Positions 10,147 through 19,827 of a stretch of DNA of 64,000 nt are shown one piece after another. Made by a program: the position numbers and the translations under genes. Each line of letters starts with the position of its first letter. Positions within the stretch are counted from its first letter, which is position 1. Below the pieces are notes generated by a model that saw nothing but the letters and a program-made list of their open reading frames with translations, searched no databases and was not told where the DNA came from. This stretch comes from Vulcanimicrobiales bacterium (GTDB lineage Bacteria; Vulcanimicrobiota; Vulcanimicrobiia; Vulcanimicrobiales; Vulcanimicrobiaceae): assembly GCA_038231455.1 (NCBI GenBank), contig JBBRLI010000002.1, positions 196,337-260,336 on the forward strand, in the 5' to 3' direction.

Positions 10147-11073
10147 ATGCTTATGAAACGCACCTCCGCCATGCTGCTCGCCCTTGCGTGCTCGGTCGTA
10201 CCGCTCGCCTCGCGCGCAGATACAACCGTCCGCGTCGCCACGACACCGATCGAACTCGGCGCGCAGGTGTTTTACGCAAAAGATCAGGGCTTCTTTAAGA
10301 AGCGCGGCCTCGACGTCGATATTCAGATCATTCCGAGTGGCGCTGCGATCACCGCGGCCGTCGCGGGGAATTCGCTCGATATCGCCCAGGCCAATCTCGT
10401 CACGCTCGGGACGGCGCACGAACGCGGGCTGCCTTTCGTTGTGATCGCGCCGGCCGGCCTCTATTCTTCCGATGCATCGACAACGAGTCTGGTCGTAGCA
10501 AAATCGTCTTCGATTAAGACCGCAAAGGATCTCGAAGAAAAAACCGTCGCCATCAACGGTCTGAAGAACATCACGCAGATCGGAACCTCGGCGTGGATGG
10601 ATCGCAACGGCGGTGACGTCAAAAAAGTGCGATTCATCGAGATGCCGTTTCCACAAATGGCCGCAGCGCTCGAAGCCGGTCGGATCGACGCGGCGATTCT
10701 TCCCGAACCCGAACTCAGCGCGGCGACCGCCGGCAACGTGAAAATCATCGCCCAGCCGTATACGTCGATTGCCAATCAGTTCCTCATCGGAGGCTGGTTC
10801 ACAACGAATGCGTGGGCGAAAGCAAATCCCGACGTCATGAAAAAATTTGTCGAGGCGACGATTGAAGGCGGCGTCTGGGCGAACGGTCATCCGGTTGAGT
10901 CGGCGCGAGTTCTAGAGAAGTACACCAAGATCACCGTTTCGCCGAACATGAAGCGCACGGTCTTCGCGAAGCACCTCGATGCAAGCGACATCCAGCCTTT
11001 GCTTGATGCGTCCTTCAAGTACGGCGCGCTCCCGACTCCCCTCTTAGCCGCCGATCTGCTCGCGATTAAGTGA
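10147..11073 (+). CDS. NitT/TauT-family ABC substrate-binding protein
   Basis: Signal peptide; GFFKKRGLDV; close paralog of 1583-2512. Confidence 0.85.
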   Translation: MLMKRTSAMLLALACSVVPLASRADTTVRVATTPIELGAQVFYAKDQGFFKKRGLDVDIQIIPSGAAITAAVAGNSLDIAQANLVTLGTAHERGLPFVVIAPAGLYSSDASTTSLVVAKSSSIKTAKDLEEKTVAINGLKNITQIGTSAWMDRNGGDVKKVRFIEMPFPQMAAALEAGRIDAAILPEPELSAATAGNVKIIAQPYTSIANQFLIGGWFTTNAWAKANPDVMKKFVEATIEGGVWANGHPVESARVLEKYTKITVSPNMKRTVFAKHLDASDIQPLLDASFKYGALPTPLLAADLLAIK

Positions 11074-11468
11074 ATCTCGAAGACGCCTCGACGCTCGCAC
11101 TCGATGCGATCGTCCAGGCGACCCTCGACGCCGGTTTCGTTGTTTCAATTGCGATCGTTGATCGGTATGGCGATCTCGTCGCCGCACGTCGTATGGAAGG
11201 CGCCCGGCCGCGTTGGATGCGTGCCTCGATTCGCAAAGCGTATAGTTCTGCGGTGATGGATCGCGACACCGATGATTTCCATGAGGAAATCGTGAGGCGG
11301 GATCTTCAGATTGCCTACTACGGCGACCCCCAACTCACCGCGCTGCCGGGTGGAATCGTCGTGCTCGATGCGCGTGGCGAGACGATCGTGGGCATCGGCG
11401 TGACGGGCAAGACACAAGGCCGCGATACAGAACTTGCGCGCGCCGGAGTGGCCGCTTTTACCGGCTAG
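11070..11468 (+). CDS. GlcG/HbpS-family heme-binding protein
   Basis: SIAIVDRYGDLVAARRMEGA, KAYSS, LPGG...IVGIGVTG...D motifs. Confidence 0.85.
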   Translation: MNLEDASTLALDAIVQATLDAGFVVSIAIVDRYGDLVAARRMEGARPRWMRASIRKAYSSAVMDRDTDDFHEEIVRRDLQIAYYGDPQLTALPGGIVVLDARGETIVGIGVTGKTQGRDTELARAGVAAFTG

Positions 11469-11716
11469 TTCCAGTTCGCGAGGATCGTCTCGGCGACGTG
11501 CTGCGCGCCGCGCGCGTCGCAGGTCGTGCGGACGATCGTCGGTTCTTCACGGGCGACGTCGAGCTCGACATCACCCGCGCTGCCTTCGCGCACGCGTGCG
11601 GTAATGGCGCCCTGTTGCCAAAATGCGACGTGCGGCCCGGCATAGAGTCCGTATTCGGACGGCGCGCCCGAGCGCACGACGGCGTCGACGTTGTGCACGA
11701 ACCGCTCGAAGGTCAT
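11465..11716 (-). CDS. Hypothetical protein
   Basis: ATG 11716 overlaps stop of upstream aldolase gene (ATGA coupling); no recognised motif. Confidence 0.55.
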   Translation of the reverse strand: MTFERFVHNVDAVVRSGAPSEYGLYAGPHVAFWQQGAITARVREGSAGDVELDVAREEPTIVRTTCDARGAQHVAETILANWN

Positions 11717-12408
11717 CGTTCGCTTTTCCAGAGTCCCCACGCACGTTCGATTTGCGAGTCGTTGGCTTCGTTTGCGCGGCGCGCTTCGTATGCGTTGAGC
11801 GGTACGAGCGGCCCTAAGCGAAGCGCCTCGCTTTGCAGGCGTGCGTTAACTTCGGTGTAGACCGCGCGAAACACGGCTTGGCGGATGCTCACGCCGACGA
11901 CGGTGATCCCGTGGCCGCGCATGAGGACGGCGGCTGCATCACCGAGCGAGCGCGCCAGCGCCGCGCCCAACGTCGCGTCGCGCACGAGCATGTCGTTATC
12001 TTCGCCGGCCGTATCGCGAATCTCGAAGAGCGGAATGCCAGCGCCCAAAAAGCCGCCCATGTGCGAGACGGCGCAGAGCGTCACGCCACGCGCAATGCTA
12101 AAGGGAATGACGGATGCCGCGTGACTGTGGACGATCGCCCCAACATCCGGACGTGCGGCGTAAATCGCTCCGTGAATGAAGCGTTCGAGATACGGTTTGC
12201 GCGCGTCGCCCGCGCTGACCGTGCCATCGAAGGCAACGCGCATCACATCGGTTTTCTCGACGTTTGCCGGTGCGAGATTGCGGGCGATGATAAAACCATC
12301 GCCGTCGCGCGCACTGAGGTGTCCGAAGCCGTCGAGCACACCGCGGCGCGCGAGAATATGATTGGCGTCGACCAAATCGGCGACGGCATCGGCGTCGACC
12401 CCGAGCAT
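11713..12408 (-). CDS. Class II aldolase/adducin-family protein
   Basis: LVDANHILA...GFGHLSAR, YLERFIHGAIYAARPDVGAIVHSH, LMRGHG. Confidence 0.9.
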   Translation of the reverse strand: MLGVDADAVADLVDANHILARRGVLDGFGHLSARDGDGFIIARNLAPANVEKTDVMRVAFDGTVSAGDARKPYLERFIHGAIYAARPDVGAIVHSHAASVIPFSIARGVTLCAVSHMGGFLGAGIPLFEIRDTAGEDNDMLVRDATLGAALARSLGDAAAVLMRGHGITVVGVSIRQAVFRAVYTEVNARLQSEALRLGPLVPLNAYEARRANEANDSQIERAWGLWKSER

Positions 12409-12410
12409 CG

Positions 12411-13160
12411 TTACGGGCGGCGCGTACGCGGGATGCGCACGACCTTGCGCGGCTGCGGGTGCAGGCGCAGGGGTTGCAGCGGCTTGTCGTTGACCGGAGC
12501 GAAGAACGATTCGTGCGCGGCGACGGCGGCGCGCGCGCGTTCGATCGAACCCGAGGCGATCGCGTCGATTAATTCGGTATGCGCGACGAGGTTTTCGTCG
12601 GCGTGCGCGACGCGATGGCGGTCGGGGATGACGAATCCGGGTCCGGGTTCGTTTGCGTCAAGTAAAGTAATGTAGAGGTTCGCGAGGACGCGGTTGCGAC
12701 AGCACTCGGCGATACGCCGGTGCAGTTGCCAATTCTCGTGCAGATATTCCGCTGAATTATCGGTCGATGCGGCCATCCGTTTGAGGATCTTACGCAGATC
12801 GGCGATGTCCGCGCGCGTGCGCGAGCGCGTTGCATCCTTGGTGATCGCTTCTTCGAGCGAATGGCGCACCTCGGCGCAATCCTGAAGGGTCCCCGTTTCG
12901 GGGAAGACCGCGAGCAGGTGGCGCAAGCGATCGCTGGAGGTTGGGATCGTGGCGAAGAGGCCGCCGCCGGGGCCGGTGCGCGACGTGACGTATCCGCGCT
13001 GCTGGAGAATGCGGAGCGTTTCGTTGAGCGTTCCGTACGCGACGTCGTAGCGGCGCCGCAGATCGTCTTTCGTACCAAGCCGTTCGCCGCTGGGAATCTC
13101 TCCCGCGACGATCGTCATTTCGATTTCGTCGGCCAGCGTGGCAGCCCGGCTGCTATTCAC
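12411..13160 (-). CDS. GntR/FadR-family transcriptional regulator
   Basis: wHTH (GERLGTKDDLRRRYDV...RTGPGGG) plus FCD domain; probable GTG start at 13160 after GGAGG. Confidence 0.85.
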   Translation of the reverse strand: MNSSRAATLADEIEMTIVAGEIPSGERLGTKDDLRRRYDVAYGTLNETLRILQQRGYVTSRTGPGGGLFATIPTSSDRLRHLLAVFPETGTLQDCAEVRHSLEEAITKDATRSRTRADIADLRKILKRMAASTDNSAEYLHENWQLHRRIAECCRNRVLANLYITLLDANEPGPGFVIPDRHRVAHADENLVAHTELIDAIASGSIERARAAVAAHESFFAPVNDKPLQPLRLHPQPRKVVRIPRTRRP

Positions 13161-13299
13161 GATCGTCCCTCCACGGTAGTCCATGCTCTCTTGATCGTTG
13201 GCGCGCACGCGCCTCCCGTCCGCCATGTGGATAAAAGAAACGCGCGCAAGCGGTACTCGACCGATTGCGCGCGTTTGCCACCATCGTGTGCGTTCGCCG

Positions 13300-14487
13300 C
13301 TACTGGTAGACGGCGACGCCTTTGGAGGGGAGGGGAACGAATGCTTTACCCGCATAGGTCGCAACCGAATGCGCGTGCGCTTCGCTTGGGATGTTCTGGA
13401 TGAAGAACGATGTCGTGCCGTCGATCACCGAGGTGACCGGCAGCAGCGGCCCGCCCTTGACGCCGGTTGAGACGTTATTGCTATTGGCCACAAAGAACTT
13501 GTCGATTGTCGCATCGTACGAGGTGATATCACCGCCGCCGGCTTGATTGATCGTTGCAAGAATCGTGCCGCTGCTGACGTCCATGACGAGCGTATTGGCC
13601 ACGTTGCCGCAAGCGATCACCATGTGTTGATTGGGGGCAATTGAGATCCCCGTCGGTCCGCACGCAACCGGCATCGGATAGACGGCGGTAACGGCCTGCG
13701 AGAGGGGATCGATCAAGTCGATCTCACCGTTCGGGTTCTTGGTCGTAACCGGTACGGCTTGCACGAACCGGTGAAGTTGGCTGTCGTACTCCGATGCTTC
13801 CATACCGCCGGTAGCGTCGGTGCGGATCGTCTGCGCGATGACGGTATCGGTGTTTGTATTGATGAAGGTGAGAATCGGTGATGTTTCGGAGTCGTTTGCG
13901 ATCATCACGATGCCATCGTCGCCATCGTACGAACCCTCGTCGGTGCGGAACTTCGCATTGGGAATAACGATCGTTCCGGTCACGGTGCGGGTTGTGCGAC
14001 TAATGATTTTGATCGTGCCGTTACCGTCACCGGCATAGAGCTTCGTCGCGCCGATCAGAACGAGACCATTGGGACCAGAGCCCGAGCTCTTCCCCGTATT
14101 GCCGGTAAACGGGCTACCGATCGATGCGCACGTGCCGTTCACCGTCAAGAACGTCGGCGGAGATTTGGCCGGCCCGATCGTGGTAAGGTAGGTGTTTGCC
14201 TTGGCATCGAAGACATCGACGCCACAGTTCGTCTTATCGCCGAGATAGTAGAGGCCAGTACTTTGATCGACGATGCCGACGTCGATACTCCAGTACGGTC
14301 CGGGCGGAGCCGGGGCGATCGGAACGGGTACGTTGGGGACGGGAATGTAATTGGTCGTGAAGTTGATCGAGGGCGGATTCGATTTCGTCGGCGTGTTGAA
14401 GATGCCGCTGAAACTGCTGCCGCCACCGCCGCACGAGCAAAGGGCGAGGGTCGCGCCAAGCGCCAGAAGTCGTTTGATATCGGTCAT
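13300..14487 (-). CDS. Lipoprotein, YVTN/YncE-like beta-propeller
   Basis: Lipobox-like LALCSC followed by GGGG; repeated beta-strand blades (VDVFD, SGPNG, EIDLIDP, CGPTGI, AHSVA). Confidence 0.7.
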   Translation of the reverse strand: MTDIKRLLALGATLALCSCGGGGSSFSGIFNTPTKSNPPSINFTTNYIPVPNVPVPIAPAPPGPYWSIDVGIVDQSTGLYYLGDKTNCGVDVFDAKANTYLTTIGPAKSPPTFLTVNGTCASIGSPFTGNTGKSSGSGPNGLVLIGATKLYAGDGNGTIKIISRTTRTVTGTIVIPNAKFRTDEGSYDGDDGIVMIANDSETSPILTFINTNTDTVIAQTIRTDATGGMEASEYDSQLHRFVQAVPVTTKNPNGEIDLIDPLSQAVTAVYPMPVACGPTGISIAPNQHMVIACGNVANTLVMDVSSGTILATINQAGGGDITSYDATIDKFFVANSNNVSTGVKGGPLLPVTSVIDGTTSFFIQNIPSEAHAHSVATYAGKAFVPLPSKGVAVYQ

Positions 14488-14505
14488 AAAATGTTCTCCT
14501 GCGCT

Positions 14506-15579
14506 CTAGCGGTGGAAGCGGTAAGTGGCTTCGAGGAACGCGGTCGATTTATGCGTTGCATCGCCGCCGGCTGCGAGACCGTTTGGCTGGTCGTTCTTGA
14601 TGTAGAACTTATAGCCAAGATCGGGCGTCGCTTTATACGCGATTCCATACACTTTGCGGTACGTCACCGACATATGCGGGTTGTTGCTAAAGAACGTCGA
14701 GAAGTATTCAATGCCGCCGTACGGCACGAGCTTCGTCTGATGATAGAAGTACGCGTTGGTGTAGAGCGTGTACGCGAACGTCGGTTTCTGGCCGCTGTCA
14801 TAGTCGCCGCGCGGAATGTTTTTTTGCGCCTGCGATGTCATGCGGTGGTAATTCTGTTCCCACCGGAAGGACGTCGTTAGCGGCTTGCCTTCGAGCCCGT
14901 TCGGGCCGAATTTCCAGTTGATATCGTTGAAAAAGCCCCCGAGGAAACGCGGAATACCGTTGGGGTCGCCGGCGCCCGGGCAGCAGACGCGTGCGCGATA
15001 ATGATAGCCGGCACGATAGGTGAGCAGCGGGTTGAACGCCCACGTGACGAGCTCGCGCTCTTCGTAGTCGTAACCGGAGCCCGGGTAGTTCGGCAGGCCT
15101 CTGCGGTACGTTCGCGCGCTGCCGCCGGTGTGCGAGATGCGCTGATACTGAATGCCGAGATGGCTGTTGAAGCGGTAGCGCGCATCGCCGACGATGCGCC
15201 ACAGGTCGTATGGCAGGGCGTTCGGGAGCGGGCCCGCTTTTTGCGGAATGACGTCGCTGCCGCTCGACATCGTATATTGCAAGGTCGGCGCAAGATCCAG
15301 GTGTTCGAACTTGCGCGGTTTGCCTTTTTTCGCGGGAGCTTTTTTACCGGGCAAAGCCGATGGCGGGTCGTCGGCCGAAGGCGTGTTGGCGCCGGTCGAA
15401 CCCGGATCCGGCGGCGGTTTTTTCTGATCGCCATCGAGCTTGAGATCGAACGCGGTGGCCGCCGACGTCAGGTCGACGGGCTGGCTTTGCGCTACGGCGA
15501 CCGCCGGTCCCGCAACGAATGCAAGACTGGCTGCAAAGGCGATCGCCGTCATGAAATGGCGTGAATTGATTGAGGTCAT
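14506..15579 (-). CDS. Secreted protein, probable outer-membrane beta-barrel
   Basis: Signal peptide, GGAGG RBS, aromatic-rich alternating strands, C-terminal EATYRF. Confidence 0.6.
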   Translation of the reverse strand: MTSINSRHFMTAIAFAASLAFVAGPAVAVAQSQPVDLTSAATAFDLKLDGDQKKPPPDPGSTGANTPSADDPPSALPGKKAPAKKGKPRKFEHLDLAPTLQYTMSSGSDVIPQKAGPLPNALPYDLWRIVGDARYRFNSHLGIQYQRISHTGGSARTYRRGLPNYPGSGYDYEERELVTWAFNPLLTYRAGYHYRARVCCPGAGDPNGIPRFLGGFFNDINWKFGPNGLEGKPLTTSFRWEQNYHRMTSQAQKNIPRGDYDSGQKPTFAYTLYTNAYFYHQTKLVPYGGIEYFSTFFSNNPHMSVTYRKVYGIAYKATPDLGYKFYIKNDQPNGLAAGGDATHKSTAFLEATYRFHR

Positions 15580-15703
15580 GGACCCTCCTGACAGCGGTCC
15601 TGGCTTTCGTTAAAGTCCCAGGAGTCCGGAGTCGGAAAAGAAAGTTTTTCGATGCATTGAATATGACGAAAGATTCCACGGTCCTATCTCGGAGCACAAT
15701 AAA

Positions 15704-16183
15704 ATGAAGAATTCATTAACGACCATCCATCTTCGTGTCGACGGTCGGCCGGAAAAAATATCCACCGACGACCCGACGATGCCACTCCTCTACGCGCTTC
15801 GAGACGATATGGGTCATGCCAACCCGCGCTTCGGGTGCGGGCTTGCCCAATGCGGTGCCTGCACGGTCCAGGTAGATGGGGTCGCGATGCGCTCGTGTGT
15901 TCTGCCGATCGCATCGCTCGAAGGGAAATCGGTCACGACTCTCGCTGGTCTTGGCACCCCGGACCATCCGCATCCCGTGCAGGCAGCGTTCGTGGAAGAA
16001 CAGGCGCTGCAGTGCGGCTATTGCGTCAACGGTTGGATCATGACCGGTGCGGCGCTCGTAGATAAAGAAATACACCCCTCCGCCGAACGGATCAAAGCAG
16101 CGTGTTCGAGCCTGATCTGCCGCTGCGGATCGCAGCTCGCAATGATGCGAGCAATCGGCCGCGCTGCCGGAGAGAACGTATGA
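15704..16183 (+). CDS. (2Fe-2S)-binding small subunit of IorAB-type molybdoenzyme
   Basis: FGCGLAQCGACTV, RSC, QCGYC, CRCG. Confidence 0.92.
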   Translation: MKNSLTTIHLRVDGRPEKISTDDPTMPLLYALRDDMGHANPRFGCGLAQCGACTVQVDGVAMRSCVLPIASLEGKSVTTLAGLGTPDHPHPVQAAFVEEQALQCGYCVNGWIMTGAALVDKEIHPSAERIKAACSSLICRCGSQLAMMRAIGRAAGENV

Positions 16184-18435
16184 CATCACGACGCGGATTT
16201 CTCGCGACCGGCGGCGCGGCGCTTGCCATCGTCGCCGTTCCCGAAGGCTTCCGCGCGATCGCGGTTGCAGCGGGCGAAGAAGCGGGCGGCGCGGAGCGTT
16301 TGGCAACGTGGATTTCGCTCGGTCGCGACGGCATCGTCGATGTCTACACGGGCAAAGTCGAACTCGGGATGGGCGTGATCACCGGACTTACGCAGATCGT
16401 GGCCGACGAACTCGACGTGGCGATGGCGCAGGTGCGGATGACGACAGGCGATACGGCGCGCACGCCCGATCAAGGCGGCGTCGGCGGGAGCACGTCGATT
16501 CAGTTCGGCGCAAACCCACTGCGGAATGCGGCCGCAGAAGCGCGCCGCGTCCTCATCGCGGCCGCGGCCGACAAACTCGGCGTACCGGTCGAGTCACTTG
16601 TGGTGGGCGATGGCCTGATCCGTGCGACCGGCGGCGCATCCGTCTCGTACGGAGCGCTCGTCGACGCGCTCGCTTCGGCACCCATCTTGAAGGTGAGCGG
16701 CGAAGCGTTCCGCACGAACGTGGAAGGCGTGGCAAAACCCAAGCCGCGATCTGCCTACAAACTCGTCGGCAAGCCGATTGCGCGTCTCGATGTCGCGCCC
16801 AAAGTGTACGGCTCGTTCCGCTATTCGGTCGACAACAAATTGCCGGGCATGATGCACGCGCGCGTCGTGTACCCGCCGAGCGTCGGCGCTCGTCCGCTTG
16901 CCGTCGATACCGAGAAGCTCAAGGATCGCGGTGATGCGCGGCTCGTGCGCGTCGGTGATTTGCTCGCGGTCGTTGCTTCGCGCGAATGGCACGCCGTCGC
17001 AGGCGCACGCGATCTGAACGTGCGTTGGAGCGCTCCCTCGACGACGTTCCCGCCGATGGCATCGCTTGGCGCTGCAATGTGGGCGATGCCCGTTTCATCG
17101 CAAGATAAAGTCGTCGCGCGGGGCGATCTCGCCGCCGCATCGGTCGGTACGACCGCACACGAAGCGTCGTACGTTTGGCCGTTTCAATCGCACGCGACGA
17201 TGGGTCCGGGCTGCGCCGTCGCCGACGTCACACCCCACGGAACGACGATTTGGTGCGGCGGCCAGAAACCGTTCGAACTGAAAGCCGGGATCGCCGATTT
17301 GCTCGGCATTGCGCCGGAGACCGTGCGCGTGATCTTTATCGAAGATGCGGGGTCGTACGGCCGCGGCGGCTTCGATGACGTTGCCGCCGATGCCGCGATG
17401 ATCTCGAAGTCTATCGGCAAGCCGGTGCGCCTCCAGTGGATGCGTAGCGACATGACGATGTGGGGTCCGAAAGCCCCCGCCATGGTCGGCAAACTCAAAG
17501 CCGGCATCAAAGATGGCAAGATCGCGGCTCTCGACTTGACGGTACGTGCGTTCAACGGCGGCGAGATTTCCTCGCATCCTGACAGCGCCGGGAACTTCAT
17601 CGGCGGTCAAATGGCCGGACATCCCAATTCCAAACCACGCGTTGAGTACGCGGTCTACGGGAAAAACTCGGGTGCCTACGATGTGCCCGCGCTGCACGCG
17701 GTCGCTGAACTCGTTGCGCCCCTTGCGCCCGCTGTTTCGCCGCTGCGCACGACGCATTTGCGCGATCCCGAAGGCCCGGGGACGACGTTTATCATCGAGT
17801 CGTTCATCGACGAACTCGCGGCGCTCGCGAACGCTGATCCCGTTGCGTTCCGCATCGCCCATCTCTCCGATCCGCGCGCGGTCGATTTGCTCAACCGCGC
17901 GGCAGCGAGCGCCGGTTGGCACGCGGGTGTTGCGGCGCGCGCGAAGTCGCGCTCCGGGATCGCGCACGGGCGCGGCATCGCCTTTGCAACGCGCGGAGAC
18001 ACGATGGTCGCGACGATTGCCGACGTTGCGGTCGATACGAAAACCGGAAAGGTCTCCGTTACGCGCTTGGTGTGCGTGCACGACTGTGGATCGATCGTCA
18101 ACCCGCGTTCGCTCACCGGGACGATCGAAGCGAACCTGATGCAATCGATGAGCCGCTCGCTCTTCGAAGAAGTCACGTTCGCTGGTGGAGCCGTCACCTC
18201 GCGCGATTGGGTCACCTATCCAGTCGTACGCACGCGCGATCTGCCCGGACGCGTCGATGTCGTGCTGGTCGATCGGCCGGAGTTGCCGCCCTATGGTGCG
18301 GGCGAACCATCATCGCGCCCGACGGCCGCGGCGATCGCCAATGCCATCTACGATGCGACGGGCGCGCGCATTCGCACGGCGCCCTTCACCAAGGCAAACG
18401 TTCTCGCAGCGCTCACAGCGCAGCCGCTCGCGTAA
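16180..18435 (+). CDS. Xanthine-oxidase-family molybdopterin subunit (isoquinoline 1-oxidoreductase beta-like)
   Basis: ATG 16180 overlaps upstream stop; Tat motif SRRGFL; GKVELGMG...QIVADELD, GAGEP, AIANAIYDATG. Confidence 0.9.
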   Translation: MTSRRGFLATGGAALAIVAVPEGFRAIAVAAGEEAGGAERLATWISLGRDGIVDVYTGKVELGMGVITGLTQIVADELDVAMAQVRMTTGDTARTPDQGGVGGSTSIQFGANPLRNAAAEARRVLIAAAADKLGVPVESLVVGDGLIRATGGASVSYGALVDALASAPILKVSGEAFRTNVEGVAKPKPRSAYKLVGKPIARLDVAPKVYGSFRYSVDNKLPGMMHARVVYPPSVGARPLAVDTEKLKDRGDARLVRVGDLLAVVASREWHAVAGARDLNVRWSAPSTTFPPMASLGAAMWAMPVSSQDKVVARGDLAAASVGTTAHEASYVWPFQSHATMGPGCAVADVTPHGTTIWCGGQKPFELKAGIADLLGIAPETVRVIFIEDAGSYGRGGFDDVAADAAMISKSIGKPVRLQWMRSDMTMWGPKAPAMVGKLKAGIKDGKIAALDLTVRAFNGGEISSHPDSAGNFIGGQMAGHPNSKPRVEYAVYGKNSGAYDVPALHAVAELVAPLAPAVSPLRTTHLRDPEGPGTTFIIESFIDELAALANADPVAFRIAHLSDPRAVDLLNRAAASAGWHAGVAARAKSRSGIAHGRGIAFATRGDTMVATIADVAVDTKTGKVSVTRLVCVHDCGSIVNPRSLTGTIEANLMQSMSRSLFEEVTFAGGAVTSRDWVTYPVVRTRDLPGRVDVVLVDRPELPPYGAGEPSSRPTAAAIANAIYDATGARIRTAPFTKANVLAALTAQPLA

Positions 18436-19705
18436 CGTTCGGCACGCCTTTCGGATACTCGCCAGCGTACGCACCGACGCTTTGCCACGGACGATCGATC
18501 GGGATGATCGCTTGTTCGGATCGCATCGTCGCGTAGGCGACTGGCGTCTCATGACCCAGTGGCGGTTCTCCGTCTTGGAATCGTTTGATGGCGTCGAGCA
18601 TCCGTCGCCGCAAGCGGATGATCGCGACGTCGGATGTGCCGAGATGTTCTTGGGGTCGGTTGACGATCGGCCCCATCGATTCTTGGCACGCCATATCTTG
18701 ATTTTGGAAGCCCTCGATACCGAGCCAACTGCCTTGCTTCATCGCTTCGCGATCTTGATGCCAGCCGTTGTCCTCGGTTGCATAACGCATCCAGCGGCGG
18801 TCGAGATCGATGCCGGGTTCGCATTTGAGATCGCGCCGCATCGCGGCTTGATCGATGTCGGATCCGTCCTGCGAGAAGAAGACGTCGTAGAACATCGTCG
18901 TGCGATCGTCGATCGGCACGAACATATTGACGTGCGCGTGCTGCGAGCGTTCGAGTGGCCGTGGGATAAACGATGTTGAGGGCGCGGCGAACAGCGTGAC
19001 GCGAACGTATTTTTCCGTATCGGGATTCGCGTTTGGTTTGCGGATCGCGGCGTAACGAAAACCGTAGGTCGTATCTTCGGCTTCAAGTTTCGGCGAGAGA
19101 TCGTTTGAGACGGACGAGCGCTTCTTCCAGTCGGGGATGGTGCCGCGATGGAGGAACCAACTGTGCGACGAGTCCAGCGAACCTTCGAGGGCTTGAAAAA
19201 AATTTGCGCGTTCGCCCATCTTGACGATCGAGCGCTGCGCTGCCGGCAATGCAAGAAAATCGTAGGCTGGGAATGCCGGCTCTTTGCCGATTTCACCGAG
19301 ATACGCCCAGACCAGTCCGCCCGCTTCGCGCACGGGATACGAGCGGATCGACATGCGATCTTTGAAACCGTATCCCGCGGGCTCCGTCGGCATCTCCATG
19401 CACGCGCCGGTGACGTCGAATTTCCAGCCGTGATAGACGCAGCGCAGGCCGCCTTCTTCATTGCGCCCGAGCGCGAGTGAGGCGAGGCGGTGCGGACAGA
19501 ACGCATCCATGAGTCCGAGCCGCCCGGCGGTGTCGCGGAAGAGCACGAGATTCTCGCCGAAGAGTCGGAGTGGAATCGGCGTGCCGTCGCTATCGGCGAC
19601 TTCTTCGCTCAGCGCCGCGGGCAGCCAGTAGCTCCGCATGAAACGCCCCATCGGCGCATCCCCGGTAACGGTCGTGAGCAGTTCGTTTTCTGCGGCAGAG
19701 AGCAT
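18413..19705 (-). CDS. Rieske non-heme iron oxygenase alpha subunit, paralog 3
   Basis: CPHRLA...CVYHGW; EGSLDSSHSWFLH; EHLGTSD; 3' end overlaps convergent molybdoenzyme gene by 23 nt. Confidence 0.92.
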   Translation of the reverse strand: MLSAAENELLTTVTGDAPMGRFMRSYWLPAALSEEVADSDGTPIPLRLFGENLVLFRDTAGRLGLMDAFCPHRLASLALGRNEEGGLRCVYHGWKFDVTGACMEMPTEPAGYGFKDRMSIRSYPVREAGGLVWAYLGEIGKEPAFPAYDFLALPAAQRSIVKMGERANFFQALEGSLDSSHSWFLHRGTIPDWKKRSSVSNDLSPKLEAEDTTYGFRYAAIRKPNANPDTEKYVRVTLFAAPSTSFIPRPLERSQHAHVNMFVPIDDRTTMFYDVFFSQDGSDIDQAAMRRDLKCEPGIDLDRRWMRYATEDNGWHQDREAMKQGSWLGIEGFQNQDMACQESMGPIVNRPQEHLGTSDVAIIRLRRRMLDAIKRFQDGEPPLGHETPVAYATMRSEQAIIPIDRPWQSVGAYAGEYPKGVPNVTRAAAL

Positions 19706-19787
19706 CGGGATCTCCCGTGAAAATTAGTTAGACACGTGAAGTAGTTCCGGTTCAATTGGCTTTCCTGCCAACAAACAAAAGCCAGGA

Positions 19788-19810
19788 AATGCTTCGCCGA
19801 TCGAATCATT
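19788..19810. promoter_or_regulatory. Candidate MarR-type operator (imperfect palindrome)
   Basis: AATGCTTCG-N5-CGAATCATT in the divergent Rieske/liv intergenic region. Confidence 0.45.
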
Positions 19811-19827
19811 AGCCGTCAACGGAGGTT

